Source: Octopus sinensis
Taxonomy: Eukaryota
Length of the DNA stretch: 64,000 nt
Reading direction: 5' to 3'
Assembly: GCF_006345805.1 (NCBI RefSeq)
Contig: NC_043012.1
Location: forward strand, 45,198,001-45,262,000
The position numbers and the translations under genes are program-made. Numbering within the stretch: position 1 is the first letter of the stretch; each line of letters opens with the position of its first letter. Of the stretch, positions 38,881-52,029 are shown piece after piece. The notes below the pieces were generated by a model. It saw only the letters and a program-made list of their open reading frames with translations, searched no databases and was not told where the DNA came from.

Positions 38881-40848
38881 TTATTGATAGCCGAAACAAG
38901 AAGCTGAGCCCTTACATTTAAAATGATTTGAAACTATCTGGATATTTTCTTGTAAATATGTGTAAATATGCCACTTGAGCAGAGTGATCATTAAAGAGAA
39001 GTTCACGGATGCACATGTAATAGCACTTTCTAATGCGGTTATATGCCTGCATACGTTCATAAAATCAATATACATTACCGTGAGAATGTACACTTCCCTT
39101 GCGAGCCGCTAGTCCTCGTTTGCAGCACAGCACCCTAACTAATGTAAACTGCATGGTAGAGTTCTATAATAACAATAACAAAGCTGTTGAAAAGTTACCT
39201 AAAATAATTAGTCCTGATATTTTGGGCGAAATACTCTTTTTCCATAGTATTAGGAGGGCAAGAGAGAAATATGTCTGTTAGTTTCAGTACACTCGTTGAG
39301 TGTGGAATGCTCCATAGGCCACGTGTTCAGAGGTGTGCAATTTGTCGTATGAGCTGTGAGGGTTTATAGAGCTTAATTCTTGTTATGATATCCGTGAACC
39401 AACAATTAAGCCATAAATTAATGACCTAAGTACAGGTTCATATACTTAAGAGAGAACGCTAAGACTACATCTAAAAGGCATGGTTATAACAGTAATACAG
39501 GACATCAAAAAGATTGGTTTCTTGTAAATATTTTCTTTTGGTTACTGTTATTTTCAGTAAGAACATCTATATCTAAATTTCTAAAATAATTGGTAGTTGA
39601 AATAATTATAAATTTAAGCAGTATTAGCGTCATATTTCCTTAGTTACTCTCTATCGTAAACAGATTTATATATGTAAGATTAGAGTATCTGAAGACGAAA
39701 ACATAATTAAGTAAATGAAACATACTTTGAACTACAACTATGAATGTTGAGATATTTTTTTTATTCAAGAAATATCTTAATGGTTATAAATCTGACAAAA
39801 TAATTCTGCGAAAGTAACAAAACAGTTAATATATTTTATATAGTTACATTTCCTATGTAATAAATACACACGTATACATACTCACATTCATACACATCGG
39901 TGGGCGCGCGGACACACACATGAAAGTTGGAGACTTCAAGCGTAAACACCACTCTAATATGATGAACAAAGATACTGAATTAAACCCCACCGCATGAGGA
40001 ATTTATACTCTTAATACAAAACATTACTTACTATGACCACTACACTACACCATTAAATTCTACCGTCTAGTACAACCAGACGATTATATCAAACTACATG
40101 GCAGTGTTATGAAACTGCTCTACACTATACAGATCAAAACCTCGCGCGTTTGTGTTTCATCAAAACTATTCGCTGCCGTATGAATGGCTGCAACATCTAC
40201 AATTACAAGGAAAGGAAAATTATCAAAAATGACCAGTTTTAGGTGTAATGGTTAACATAATGAAAATAGTGATAAATGATATTATAAAGATGAATTGTGA
40301 AATAAATATTTGTTATTTGAACATAATGTTTATCAATGTGATGGCTGAAGATGACTTATGTGAAAGTTCAAAACAAATAAACAGTGGTGATGAGTACAAG
40401 AGACACGAGAACAAACAACACTAGACGCGAAATCCAATTAGTATAGATTAATGTTAACAAGTAAAGGATATCATTAAAAGCAAACATTACGATTACAATA
40501 TCGGACCAACAAGGGACTCATTGCGCAGTCACTCGACCTGCTAGAAATAACAACTAAATCTCATTCATATCACGTCCTACCTTCTTTCGAAAGAAGAGTA
40601 GATTAGATAATGCAATTTATAAATATAACGATTCAGAATAAAAGACGAGAGGCTTAGACTCAAATGTCTTTGATCGTATGTTATACAAGCAACTTTCTGT
40701 TAATCACAGTCAAATAATTTCTTGATATCTTTTTATCGGGTAAAGAAATGCATGCTTTTTTACATATAAACATAACACATAAAAAAGATGGACACATACT
40801 CAACCATGTATTTTCTTATATCACTATCTACCTGTATACATATACATT

Positions 40849-40911
<63 letters not shown>

Positions 40912-41009
40912 CATTTGTATATACTATATTTATATATGTGTGTGTGTGTTCATGTGTGATATATATATATATATATTATATATATATATATATCGTCATC
41001 ATCGGCTGT

Positions 41010-41510
41010 CCATCATCGTAGGTCGACGTTGACTGTCCTTGTTTGATGATCACCTCTGCCAGGCTCGCATGTGGGTCACAGGGCATACACTTGATCTACA
41101 GTAGCCATTATATCTGCTTCCAGTGAAGGGGGCAATAGAGAAGAGACGCCTGTCAGGTGCTCTTTAGTATTCTCTCCGTCCTATATCCTTAATGGCTGGA
41201 ACCACAAGCTTTACCAATCAACGTCATTCATCGCACCGCGCGGCCTTCTTCTCCCATGTTATTGGGGAGATGCCTGACTTCTTCATATATCACTTCAGCA
41301 CATCCCTGTATCTTAAACTTTAGCCATCACCACTCCTGGCCTGATGCAGTTCAGCGTAGAAAGCTGCTTTTGGGGGCCTGCTGCCCTCCATCCTACAAAC
41401 ATAACTCGCCCAGCGCCGCTTCGATGATGTAACGAGGGCTTCCTCGGTAACTGCGCCAGGAATGCGATCTTGCCATCTGATATGCATGATGAAGCGCCAG
41501 TTGAAACTGT
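41010..41510 (-). mobile_element. RTE-BovB-like LINE 3' end
   Basis: RFIMHIRWQDRIPG...RRWASYVCRMEGSRPPKAAFYAELHQ..LRYRDVLK..ISPITWEKKA; ends in a (GAT)n-like tail. Confidence 0.8.
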
Positions 41511-41789
41511 CCTAGATTATCATAATATTTATTCGAGATTCTAAGGCGATTGTAACAGCACATTGAACAGTACCATCCCTATTAAATATTACCTATCACA
41601 GCTATCTTACTAGCAGAGTGAATCCGAGACATGACTGCTTGTAAGCTCGCTATGCAATAAAGTTTTATGCTAAACTGAGCAAAACGATTAAAATAATCCA
41701 GCAAAGCATCCGTTTGGCCCTGTGACAGGAAGTTCAAGCTTAGTAGAGAGGGAAGGAGAAATTATGGGACGTGTGGGCGGAAATGCGAC

Positions 41790-42621
41790 GTCGGATTATC
41801 GTAGTTATTTGAGAAAATTATAATTTTCTAGATGAAGACCCTCATGTCTCTGTAAAGACAATAGTCATTCAGTTTGGAGTTGGTGTGTCTGCTGTACACA
41901 GAATTATTCACGAAGATATTAACAGTCGAAAAATGTGAACAACATTTGTTCCTGGGTTGTTCAGTGACATGCAGAAGGCAAGATGTATTCGTAACTGAAG
42001 GGAGATTATTGAGTATATTACCTCCAATTGAAGGGCATTTGAGCCTTTCGTGACCTGTGATGAAATCTGAATCTACTGTTATTTGCCAGAGATCGAGAGG
42101 CAGAATGCCCAATGGGAACATCCTGGCTCTCCCAGACTCAAGAAGGCCAGGGAAAGTAAGTCCACCGGGAAGCACATATGCCACATCTACATCCATTGGG
42201 AAGACTGTCAGCAAAGAATACTTTGTGGGAAATTTTGAGGGAGTTTAGGAAGATATGTCCTTGCAAAAGGCCAGAGCTCTTCTACTCGGGTCGTTGGTAC
42301 CTGCACAAGCACAATAAAGCAGTTCACAATTCTATTCTGGTAACTAACTATTTGACGGAGATGAGCATAAAATCTCTCCTTCGCTCTCCCTACAGTCCAC
42401 ATCTCGCTGTGTTTTGGTTGTTCTCTTAGCTGAAAGAGAACCTCTGGAGCAGACGTTTTGAAGACGAAGATTAAGAGGTCTGTTTCAAGTGTCCTGGACG
42501 CCCTAACTTGAAGGACTCCTATGCGCCCTACACGAAGTGGCTGGATCGTTTAAGTGCTTTAAAGTCAGGGGATAATACCTCTCCTCAAAAAATCTGAAAA
42601 CTTCCGGAATGCACCTTTATA
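41790..42621 (+). mobile_element. mariner transposon remnant
   Basis: VTCDEI..YCYLPEIERQNAQWEHPGSP, WYLHKHNKAVHNS, LRSPYSPHLA; TIR-like end cttccggaatgcacctttA. Confidence 0.8.
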
Positions 42622-43509
42622 GATACACACGCATTCCCCGCCATTACATCCTCCGCCCACCATATATATATAAATGTGAGGCAACAAATTTACAGTTACT
42701 GAAAGAAATGAAATACTATGCGCCCAACAGATCAGATTATAAAACAGGGCATTTTATATTTCTGTAGCTTAGGTACGCATGGAATTTATGAGAGTATTAA
42801 TTTTATTTTAATTCATTTTACGGATTGAAAATATTTACGAATTGATTTGTTGACAATGTTGCGTAATGACCCCATAGATGCAGATTCTTAGAATTTTATT
42901 AATACGAGCGTATGAATTCATCATACTCGCTCCCAACGGACAAAGTGTAATTTTGAAATCTGCTCTAGGTATTCATCAATAACCTTTATGCTCCACGTTT
43001 CTGAGACTATGCAAATGGAATGCCTTGTATTTTAGAACAAATGAAGATGCAACAGCAAGCAGTTATACAGAAGAAATAGTTATTAGGAAGAAAAATCTAA
43101 GATAGTTCAATTGCTATCAAAACATTATCAGCAAAATATTTAAACTGGATAAGTAGGACATATTTTAGATTGGAAAAGGTATTAGAAATATTCCAGAAAA
43201 TATATCGAAGGTAGCACCAATGAAATAAATAGATGAAATGGTAGAGACAAGAAAATACTGTCTAAGCAACTGACTACTTTGACAGATTATTTAAGAAATT
43301 ACATCAAATTCAGCTGATTGATGTAATATGTCGAATTGAATGAATATAAATAAATCGATTTTAACTTTTGGTTTTATATTAAATGTATCCTACCAGACTG
43401 GTTTATAATTAAATATTTTCATCTGAGCTGCTTTTTTCGTCTATTGTGAACGCAGAAGTTGAAGAACTTCTGAAAACAGTTAAAAAAAATAGTAATATAA
43501 AACTGAACT

Positions 43510-43531
43510 ACATATATATGCACATACACAC

Positions 43532-43578
<47 letters not shown>

Positions 43579-43830
43579 ATAATATATATATATATATGCA
43601 TGTATATATATATATATATGTATATATATGTATGTATATATATATATATACATACACACATACGTATATATATATATATATATGTATGTATATATATACA
43701 AATGTATATATATATATTTATACACACACATATGTATACGCATATCTACACACGTACCTACATATGCATATACATGTAAGTATGTATGTATGTATGTATG
43801 TATGTATGTATGTATGTATGCATGTATGTA
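43510..43830. repeat. (TA)n/(TATG)n microsatellite block
   Basis: read directly. Confidence 0.95.
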
Positions 43831-44769
43831 TAAGTTGTAATACTGCTTTTGGGAAAGTACAAATATTTCAATATATTAAACTGGCATTGTTTATTTTTGC
43901 TCTGTAAATCTCATTACCAATAGCTTACGAGTTTAAAGATAAAAATAAATATATATCATATTACAGAGGTTCCTATATTTGCCCAATAATCGTATTTACT
44001 ATGAAATATATAACCATCCATAAAAATATGAACAATAGCTATGATCGCCTACATACATACATACATACATACATACATACATACATACATACATACATAC
44101 ATACATGTATTTATGTAAGTATGTACACATACATATATTGGATATATTTGTCAATTGTAAGATAGAGCTTAAATTGTGAAATAAAAATATATATTTTATG
44201 ATGTGAAAATGGAAAATTTCAAACTTTATTTTTTCTTTCTTCATTCGATGTATTTTTTAAACATCGGAAATGTAAAGAAAGAAAATGTTTATATGAAATA
44301 TTTTATTTTAATATTTTAATATTATTTGTAAAACTGAAAAGTAAAAGTAATCTAATAATAAATCTGATATATACTGTTTGTAATATCAAATTGTGTGTCG
44401 CATGAATGGTGTTGAAATTATCGTTTTCTACCTTTAGATAACTAAAGATAAACAAAATGAGTTTTTGTTGGATTCAGCTGCAATACAGTTACCAATATGT
44501 ATGATTAAATCACACAACTCTTATATGTATAAGTATGCGGTGCCTCCCTCTGCAGGTTTCTCTCTTTCTCAGCTATACACGATGCATATATATATAAACT
44601 TGTGTGTGCATCATAACTACGTTTACTCATAAACACCTAGAATCAAAAGACATACGCATATATATATATATATATACACATTTATACAAAGAGAGAGAGA
44701 AGGGAGAAGCATATATTTGTTTGTATACGCACGCGCACACAAATACATATTCATTTGTATATACATACA

Positions 44770-44786
44770 TGTATCTATCTACCTAA

Positions 44787-44879
<93 letters not shown>

Positions 44880-44880
44880 C
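44770..44880. repeat. (TATC)n tract with no LINE inserted
   Basis: read directly; other empty tracts at about 11675-11715, 60728-60755 and 62550-62670. Confidence 0.95.
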
Positions 44881-45191
44881 CTATATGCATATATTTTTCA
44901 CTGTGTACATGTTGTGTTGCTTGGTGTAAATATTCTGTCAGTGTCATTCAGGTTCTAAAAAAAGATAAACAACAAGAAAAACAAAGCATTTGGCGCCTGA
45001 GATTTCTCTTACTTTGCGTAGTATACGTTATAAGTCAAAGCCGAATAGATATCAGACCAATGCAAAAGTACTTGAGTGCGAATGCGTTCCTTACAGCGCA
45101 TGCTCAAAGGAACACGCATAAGCAAATAACACAATGAAATGTCAGTCCGAGCAACTACCTCATACATACATACATACATGTATTGTATATG

Positions 45192-45244
<53 letters not shown>

Positions 45245-45439
45245 TATATATACACATATATAAACACACACACACACACGTACACACACACACGCACACA
45301 CACATATAGCTAGAGGAGAAATATGACATCCAGGCAGATATAGAATTTCTCTGAGTAAATTGCCAAGACTGTTTTTTTTTTTTTGGTAATCCGTGTCGGT
45401 CTAACTAGAAATAAACTTGAAATTTCATTTTCCTTATTT

Positions 45440-46228
45440 TTAATTTAGATAATTAAGGTAAACAAAGTTCTCTTTTTATCTAAAATATGCTCTCCTTTAT
45501 TTTCTACAATGCTCCTCCATCTATCTGGGAGTTTGCAATGTCCTTCTTTCAAAATTCACCTGTCCGTAACGAAAATATTCCTGCAGTACTGTTTGGCCTC
45601 GTCTACAAAATTCATATTTTTTCCGCCCAAATGAATTTGAAGACTGCAGAATAAATGATAATCAGTTGGGTTTAACGTTTCCCATTCAAACTGTTCCAGT
45701 CTTTGGAATGTCATCCTCGCTGCATATGGCCGAGCATTATCCTGATGGAAGTACACCTTCTGTCTTGGAATCAAAGAAGGTCGTTTTTCTTCTAGTGCTG
45801 ACTTAAATGACTGGTTGAAAGACCAAATTCAAGCTTCTCTGCTAGTTCTTCTACAGTTACGATCGAGTTCCTGACGCTCGTGTTCTAGGCTCTAGTTCCA
45901 GGCTCGGAATTTCTGAAACCACCTTTGACACTGGCTTACACTTATTGTCCGATCCGCATAGACTGCATTAATATTCCTCGCACTTTCCTTTGCGTTGTTG
46001 CCTGTATTGAACTCAGAAAGCAAAGTATGTCCAATATCCTCCTTTGTCACTTCCGTTATAACTTTGGAAAACTAACTTTTAAAATCAAATTGCGCTCTTC
46101 AAAATTTGCACTAAGAATAAGTACAAGGTAAAATTACTACCTACTTTTATAGCAATTTGATAGTTTATCCCGTCCTCTTCCGACTTTAGTTCATGCAATT
46201 GAAAAAATTGCATTATCCATGGGCTGAC

Positions 46229-46232
<4 letters not shown>
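45440..46232 (-). mobile_element. mariner transposon, internally deleted
   Basis: LLSEFNTGNNAKESARNINAVY..SVSQCQRWFQKF; FHQDNARPYAARMT; KLPDRWRSIVENKGEHILD*; TA-flanked terminal ttgggtcagccc. Confidence 0.85.
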
Positions 46233-46265
<33 letters not shown>

Positions 46266-46371
46266 GCAGTCATACATGCATACATGCATACATACATATA
46301 TGCATACATACATACATACATATATATATTATTGGCTAAACTGGCCAAAATGACCATTCCAAAATATAACA

Positions 46372-46433
<62 letters not shown>

Positions 46434-46439
46434 TATAGT

Positions 46440-47030
46440 TGAAATTTACAGAAAATCAAAAGACGAAGTCAGGTGTATGAACAACAAGCAGGTGTATTAG
46501 TTTGACGCTCGGGAAAGTGAGAAAGTCTTTTATGTTTCGAGCCTACGCTCTTCAACAGAAATGAATAAGAGGAAATAAACAGAGAGAGAATAAAAGAAAT
46601 GTGAATTTTGCAATCAAACATGATGACTGGTTGGGAAAAAATAGTTTCAAAGGAGAGCTAGGAAGTAGGGGATGCCAAAACGAAGGTGCGCTTGCATGTC
46701 TGTATGTGAGAGTGTGTAAGTGTGTGTGTGGATAGGGATCAGAGACTTTGGCGTTTAGGTGTGTGCGTGTGGGAGTGCGTGGGTCTGTAATGTATGGGTT
46801 TGTGGATGATGGTGTGTGGTGTGGGTACTGGAGAGTGGTCAGTGCTAGTGTGTGTGGAGTTGTGTGGGATGGTCTGATGTGGTGTATTGTAGTCGTGTGC
46901 GGCGTGTTGTAGTGGTGTGTGGTGTGTTGTAGTGGTGTGTGGGGTGGGGTGCGGGGATGTGAGATTGGGGTGAGGGTGTGGGGTGAAGATCTGGGTGGAA
47001 GTATTGGATATTACAACACACACGTCAAAC
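46440..47030 (-). mobile_element. Penelope-like element 3' UTR and terminal repeat
   Basis: same family as 56075-56760 and 53378-53525; degenerate hammerhead-like motif at 46525-46563. Confidence 0.75.
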
Positions 47031-47460
47031 AGCGTCCTCCTTCGAAATCTTCCGGCGAAATCTGTTCTTTGGAGTATCTTCTCTCATTTGGAATTAATCA
47101 TGGTTTTGCCATTACCTGTTCGTTTACCCTGTTCGCGAAGGAAAGTTATTACAAATAAAAGAAGAATTTATCTTGTATGTTATTTAATATCCCTTCATCG
47201 TTATCTGTATACCACAAGTATTGCCTCAGTTATTTTCCTTGCTCGTTTTCGTTTATAAACATAAATACAATGTACGTCTGTGCTCACATGAGTGTGTGTG
47301 TACACACCTCTGTGTGTGTTTCTGTGTACTTATGAGTGCGCATGAGTCAACATCTGTGGGAAAAATACAAACTCACGTATTTAGATGTAAATTTGTCTAC
47401 AGTTGTTATGCTCACATTTTTTTGTTTTTGTAAATTAGAAAACGGCTTTCTATCTGTATG

Positions 47461-47546
<86 letters not shown>

Positions 47547-47547
47547 C

Positions 47548-47630
<83 letters not shown>

Positions 47631-47658
47631 CATCTATCTATCTATCCATCTATCTATC

Positions 47659-48186
47659 TTCAAGTACCACTTGAAAAGGAAAGTGAGAGTAGAGAGGCAA
47701 GTTTTGTCTAGCGAATGTTTTAAAAAAAGATGGGTGAATGTAGCAAGAATGGCACGTATGAATGACGAAGCCACCTTGAGCATAGTCCTATGAACCCAGA
47801 AATCGAAAACAGAGAGTTGCTTATTTGCAAAAAAAAAAGAAAAAAAAAAGAAATATAAAATGTGACTTCATTGACCGAGGTACCGTGGTCTTTTCCGCAG
47901 GCTTTTCTTTCCACGGGTAAACCTCACCTGTCCTCCCCTTTACACTTCATATTGACATTTCTGTGATAACGATCCCTATTGATCATTTTTTTTTCCTCCC
48001 CCCCCCTTTTTTTTTTATTTTTTTTAACCCCCCTTATTTTTGTCCTCTTTCTCTCCTTTTACGATCCCTTTTGATCGAACCTCCCCTTCCGTTTTTTTTT
48101 TTTTTTTTTTAATACCTTCAAAAGAAAAGCTCTACCTTGTAATTTGTTCTATCTGTGTGCAGCCCTGTGTGGCTAATAAAGAAACA
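47659..48186 (+). mobile_element. Tx1/L1-like LINE 3' end, copy 1 (about 528 bp)
   Basis: [44 protein letters not shown], then the 3' UTR ending AATAAAGAAACA. Confidence 0.9.
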
Positions 48187-48254
48187 TATCTATCTATCTA
48201 TCTATCTATCCATCTATCTATCTATCTATCTATATATCTATCTATCTATCAATC

Positions 48255-48324
<70 letters not shown>

Positions 48325-48976
48325 GAGCTATTTTTATCATACTTGTGGCTATGGCGAAAGAATGTATCTGGTGGACGCGTCTGAAAGGATTAGAGACAAA
48401 CACTTTCCTCTCTGGTCAATCTCTCATCAACTTCTTCAAGTATCACTTAAAGAAAAAAGTGAGAGTAGAGAGGCAAGTTTTGTCTAGTGAATGTTTTAAA
48501 AAAGATGGGTGAATGTAGCAAGGATGGCACGTATGAATGACGAAGCCACCTTGACTATGATTCTATGAACCGTAAAAATTAATACAGAGAGTTGCTTATT
48601 TGCAAAAAAAAAAAAAAAAATGAAATATAACATGTGACTTCATTGACCGAGGTTACCGTGGTCTTTTCCGTAGGCTTTTCTTTCCACGGGTAAACCTCAC
48701 CTGTCCTCCCCTTTACACTTCATATTGACATTTCTGTGATAACGATCCCTATTGATCAATTTTTTTCCTCTCCCCCCCTTTTTTTAACCCCCCCTTTTTT
48801 TTGTCCTCTTTCTCTCCTTTTACGATCCCTTTTGATCGACTCCCCCCTTTTTTTATTTTATTTTTATTTTATTTTTTAATTTTTTATTTTTTTTATTTTT
48901 TAAACCTTCAAAAGAAAATCTCTACCTTGTAATTTGTTCTATCTGTGTGCAGCCCTGTGTGGCTAATAAAGAAACA
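48325..48976 (+). mobile_element. Tx1/L1-like LINE 3' end, copy 2 (about 652 bp, most diverged)
   Basis: same family; many private substitutions near the ORF end. Confidence 0.9.
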
Positions 48977-49008
<32 letters not shown>

Positions 49009-49792
49009 GTTCAGTGTCCAACAATTTCCGACCTGTGGGCTTATGTCGAACAACTGCTGTCACGTGTGGGACGAGTCGGTCGGTTTATCAGCTGAGTCTA
49101 TCGTCAATATTGTCACGCCCTCCTCCTTCAAACGGGAAGGAAGAGCTATTTTCATCATCCTTGTGGCTATGGCGAAAGAATGTATCTGGTGGACGCGTCT
49201 GAAAGGATTGGAGACAAACACTTTCCTCTCTGGTCAATCTCTCATCAACTTCTTCAAGTACCACTTGAAAAGGAAAGTGAGAGTAGAGAGGCAAGTTTTG
49301 TCTAGCGAATGTTTTAAAAAAAGATGGGTGAATGTAGCAAGAATGGCACGTATGAATGACGAAGCCACCTTGAGCATAGTCCTATGAACCCAGAAATCGA
49401 AAACAGAGAGTTGCTTATTTGCAAAAAAAAAAAAAAAAAAAAAAAAAGAAATATAAAATGTGACTTCATTGACCGAGGTTACCGTGGTCTTTTCCGCAGG
49501 CTTTTCTTTCCACGGGTAAACCTCACCTGTCCTCCCCTTTACACTTCATATTGACATTTCTGTGATAACGATCCCTATTGATCATTTTTTTTTTTCCTCT
49601 CCCCCCCTTTTTTTTTTTTTTTTTTTAACCCCCCTTATTTTTGTCCTCTTTCTCTCCTTTTACGATCCCTTTTGATCGAACCTCCCCCTTCCTTTTTTTT
49701 TTTTTTTTTTTTTTTTTTAATACCTTCAAAAGAAAAGCTCTACCTTGTAATTGTTCTATCTGTGTGCAGCCTGTGTGGCTAATAAAGAAACA
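49009..49792 (+). mobile_element. Tx1/L1-like LINE 3' end, copy 3 (about 784 bp)
   Basis: VQCPTISDLWAYVEQLLSRVG...LSIVL*; private 4-bp duplication gtcggtcggt. Confidence 0.9.
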
Positions 49793-49824
<32 letters not shown>

Positions 49825-49825
49825 C

Positions 49826-49860
<35 letters not shown>

Positions 49861-49861
49861 C

Positions 49862-49904
<43 letters not shown>

Positions 49905-49909
49905 CATCC

Positions 49910-49996
<87 letters not shown>

Positions 49997-49997
49997 C

Positions 49998-50028
<31 letters not shown>

Positions 50029-50077
50029 CATCTATCTATCTATCTATCTATCTATCCATCTATCTATCTATCTATCT

Positions 50078-51030
50078 GACCCGCCTGTTCGGGACGACTT
50101 TCGGGCCAGGGCCCATGGACAACTTCCAGAGATCCCTGGCCTGGCAGTGCTACCGAGAAGCGCTACCCGTTCGGGATAAGCTCTACAGACACGGCTCGAG
50201 AAACACGGGGCCGACCTGCCCGAGATGCGGTCAGAGCGACGAAACCGTTCTGCACGCACTCGTTCAGTGTCCAACAATTTCCGACCTGTGGGCTTATGTC
50301 GAACAACTGCTGTCACGTGTGGGACGAGTCGGTTTATCAGCTGAGTCTATTGTCAATATTGTCACGCCTCCTTCCTTCAAACGGGAAGGAAGAGCTATTT
50401 TCATCATCCTTGTGGCTATGGCGAAAGAATGTATCTGGTGGACGCGTCTGAAAGGATTGGAGACAAACACTTTCCTCTCTGGTCAATCTCTCATCAACTT
50501 CTTCAAGTACCACTTGAAAAGGAAAGTGAGAGTAGAGAGGCAAGTTTTGTCTAGCGAATGTTTTAAAAAAGATGGGTGAATGTAGCAAGAATGGCACGTA
50601 TGAATGACGAAGCCACCTTGAGCATAGTCCTATGAACCCAGAAATCGAAAACAGAGAGTTGCTTTTGCAAAAAAAAAAAAAAAAAAAGAAATATAAAATG
50701 TGACTTCATTGACCGAGGTTACCGTGGTCTTTTCCGTAGGCTTTTCTTTCCACGGGTAAACCTCACCTGTCCTCCCCTTTACACTTCATATTGACATTTC
50801 TGTGATAACGATCCCTATTGATCAATTTTTTTTCCTCTCCCCCCCTTTTTTTTTTTTTTTTAACCCCACCCCCCCTTTTTGTCCTCTTTCTCTCCTTTAA
50901 CGATCCCTTTTGATCGAAAAACTCCCCCTTCCTTTTTTTTTTTTTTTTTTTTTTTAAACCTTCAAAAGAAAAGCTGTACCTTGTAATTTGTTCTATCTGT
51001 GTGCAGCCCTGTGTGGCTAATAAAGAAACA
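50078..51030 (+). mobile_element. Tx1/L1-like LINE 3' end, copy 4 (about 953 bp) with ORF2 C-terminal zinc finger
   Basis: RSLAWQCYREALPVRDKL..TCPRCGQSDETVLHALVQC (L1/Tx1 zf-RVT-type CCHC); 1-bp loss in an A run near 50570. Confidence 0.92.
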
Positions 51031-51078
<48 letters not shown>

Positions 51079-51096
51079 CATCTATCTATCTATCTA

Positions 51097-51142
<46 letters not shown>

Positions 51143-51799
51143 CTACGCGTCGTAGCATTTGCCCAAACGCGTGTGAACGATATTTCACAAATATATCATG
51201 TACGTGTCTTCATGCGCGCAAGTGCGTGTAAAAAGTAGCTGCAAAGACCTGAACTAAAGATAATAGACGATACAAATTTGCTGGAACCCTAACATTTATA
51301 ACAACGCTTCAATAATTTTCTCCGATAAAACATTCAACTTTTATATTATTCACATACTAACTGATAAAATATTCAATTTCTAATGCCTTCTCTGTTTGTA
51401 TATGCTTCTGACATTGTTAGACATGCGTGATTGTCTGTGACATGAATGGCATGTAGAGTTCAAGACTTTCTGATTGCTGTTGCTTTTGGTTGTGACGTGT
51501 CACGTTCTACCTTTTTACAATTTTGCTGACATTGTAAATAATCTGTTACGTTTTATATATCAACGAAATATATCTTTTGTCTTTCTTTTACAGTTTACTC
51601 ATTTCAGTCATTAGACAGCAGCCATTGAAGAAGTTTTAGCCGCATGAATCGACACCATTACGTATTTTTTTAAAGCCTGGTACTTAGCTATACCGCTACA
51701 TTACTGCGGACGTAAGCACATCAATATCGGTTGTTGAGCGGAGGTGGGGAACAAACACAGACAAATAGAAATATATATTGCTATATATATATGTATATA

Positions 51800-51838
<39 letters not shown>

Positions 51839-51953
51839 GGTCCCGGGTTGATTCGGGGTTAACCACAGTAAATAAGGTACTCAATACATAGCAGAGTAAA
51901 ATTAATTTATTATATAGAAGGAGCTTCTACAGGACTAGAACTTATATAATAAA

Positions 51954-52023
<70 letters not shown>

Positions 52024-52029
52024 TGGTTG

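Larger units (their letters stand above)
47450..51098 (+). repeat. (TATC)n tract split into five pieces by four LINE insertions
   Basis: tracts 47450-47658, 48187-48324, 48977-49008, 49793-50077, 51031-51098. Confidence 0.95.

Noticed and set aside
40340-40375. ctgaagatgacttatgtgaaag as a hammerhead
   Set aside because: Stem II is incomplete and there is no stem I or III; at best an unrecognisable relic.
47450-51098. CRISPR-like or satellite interpretation of the repeat-spacer alternation
   Set aside because: The spacers are nested fragments of one LINE and the repeats are variable-length microsatellites in a eukaryotic genome.
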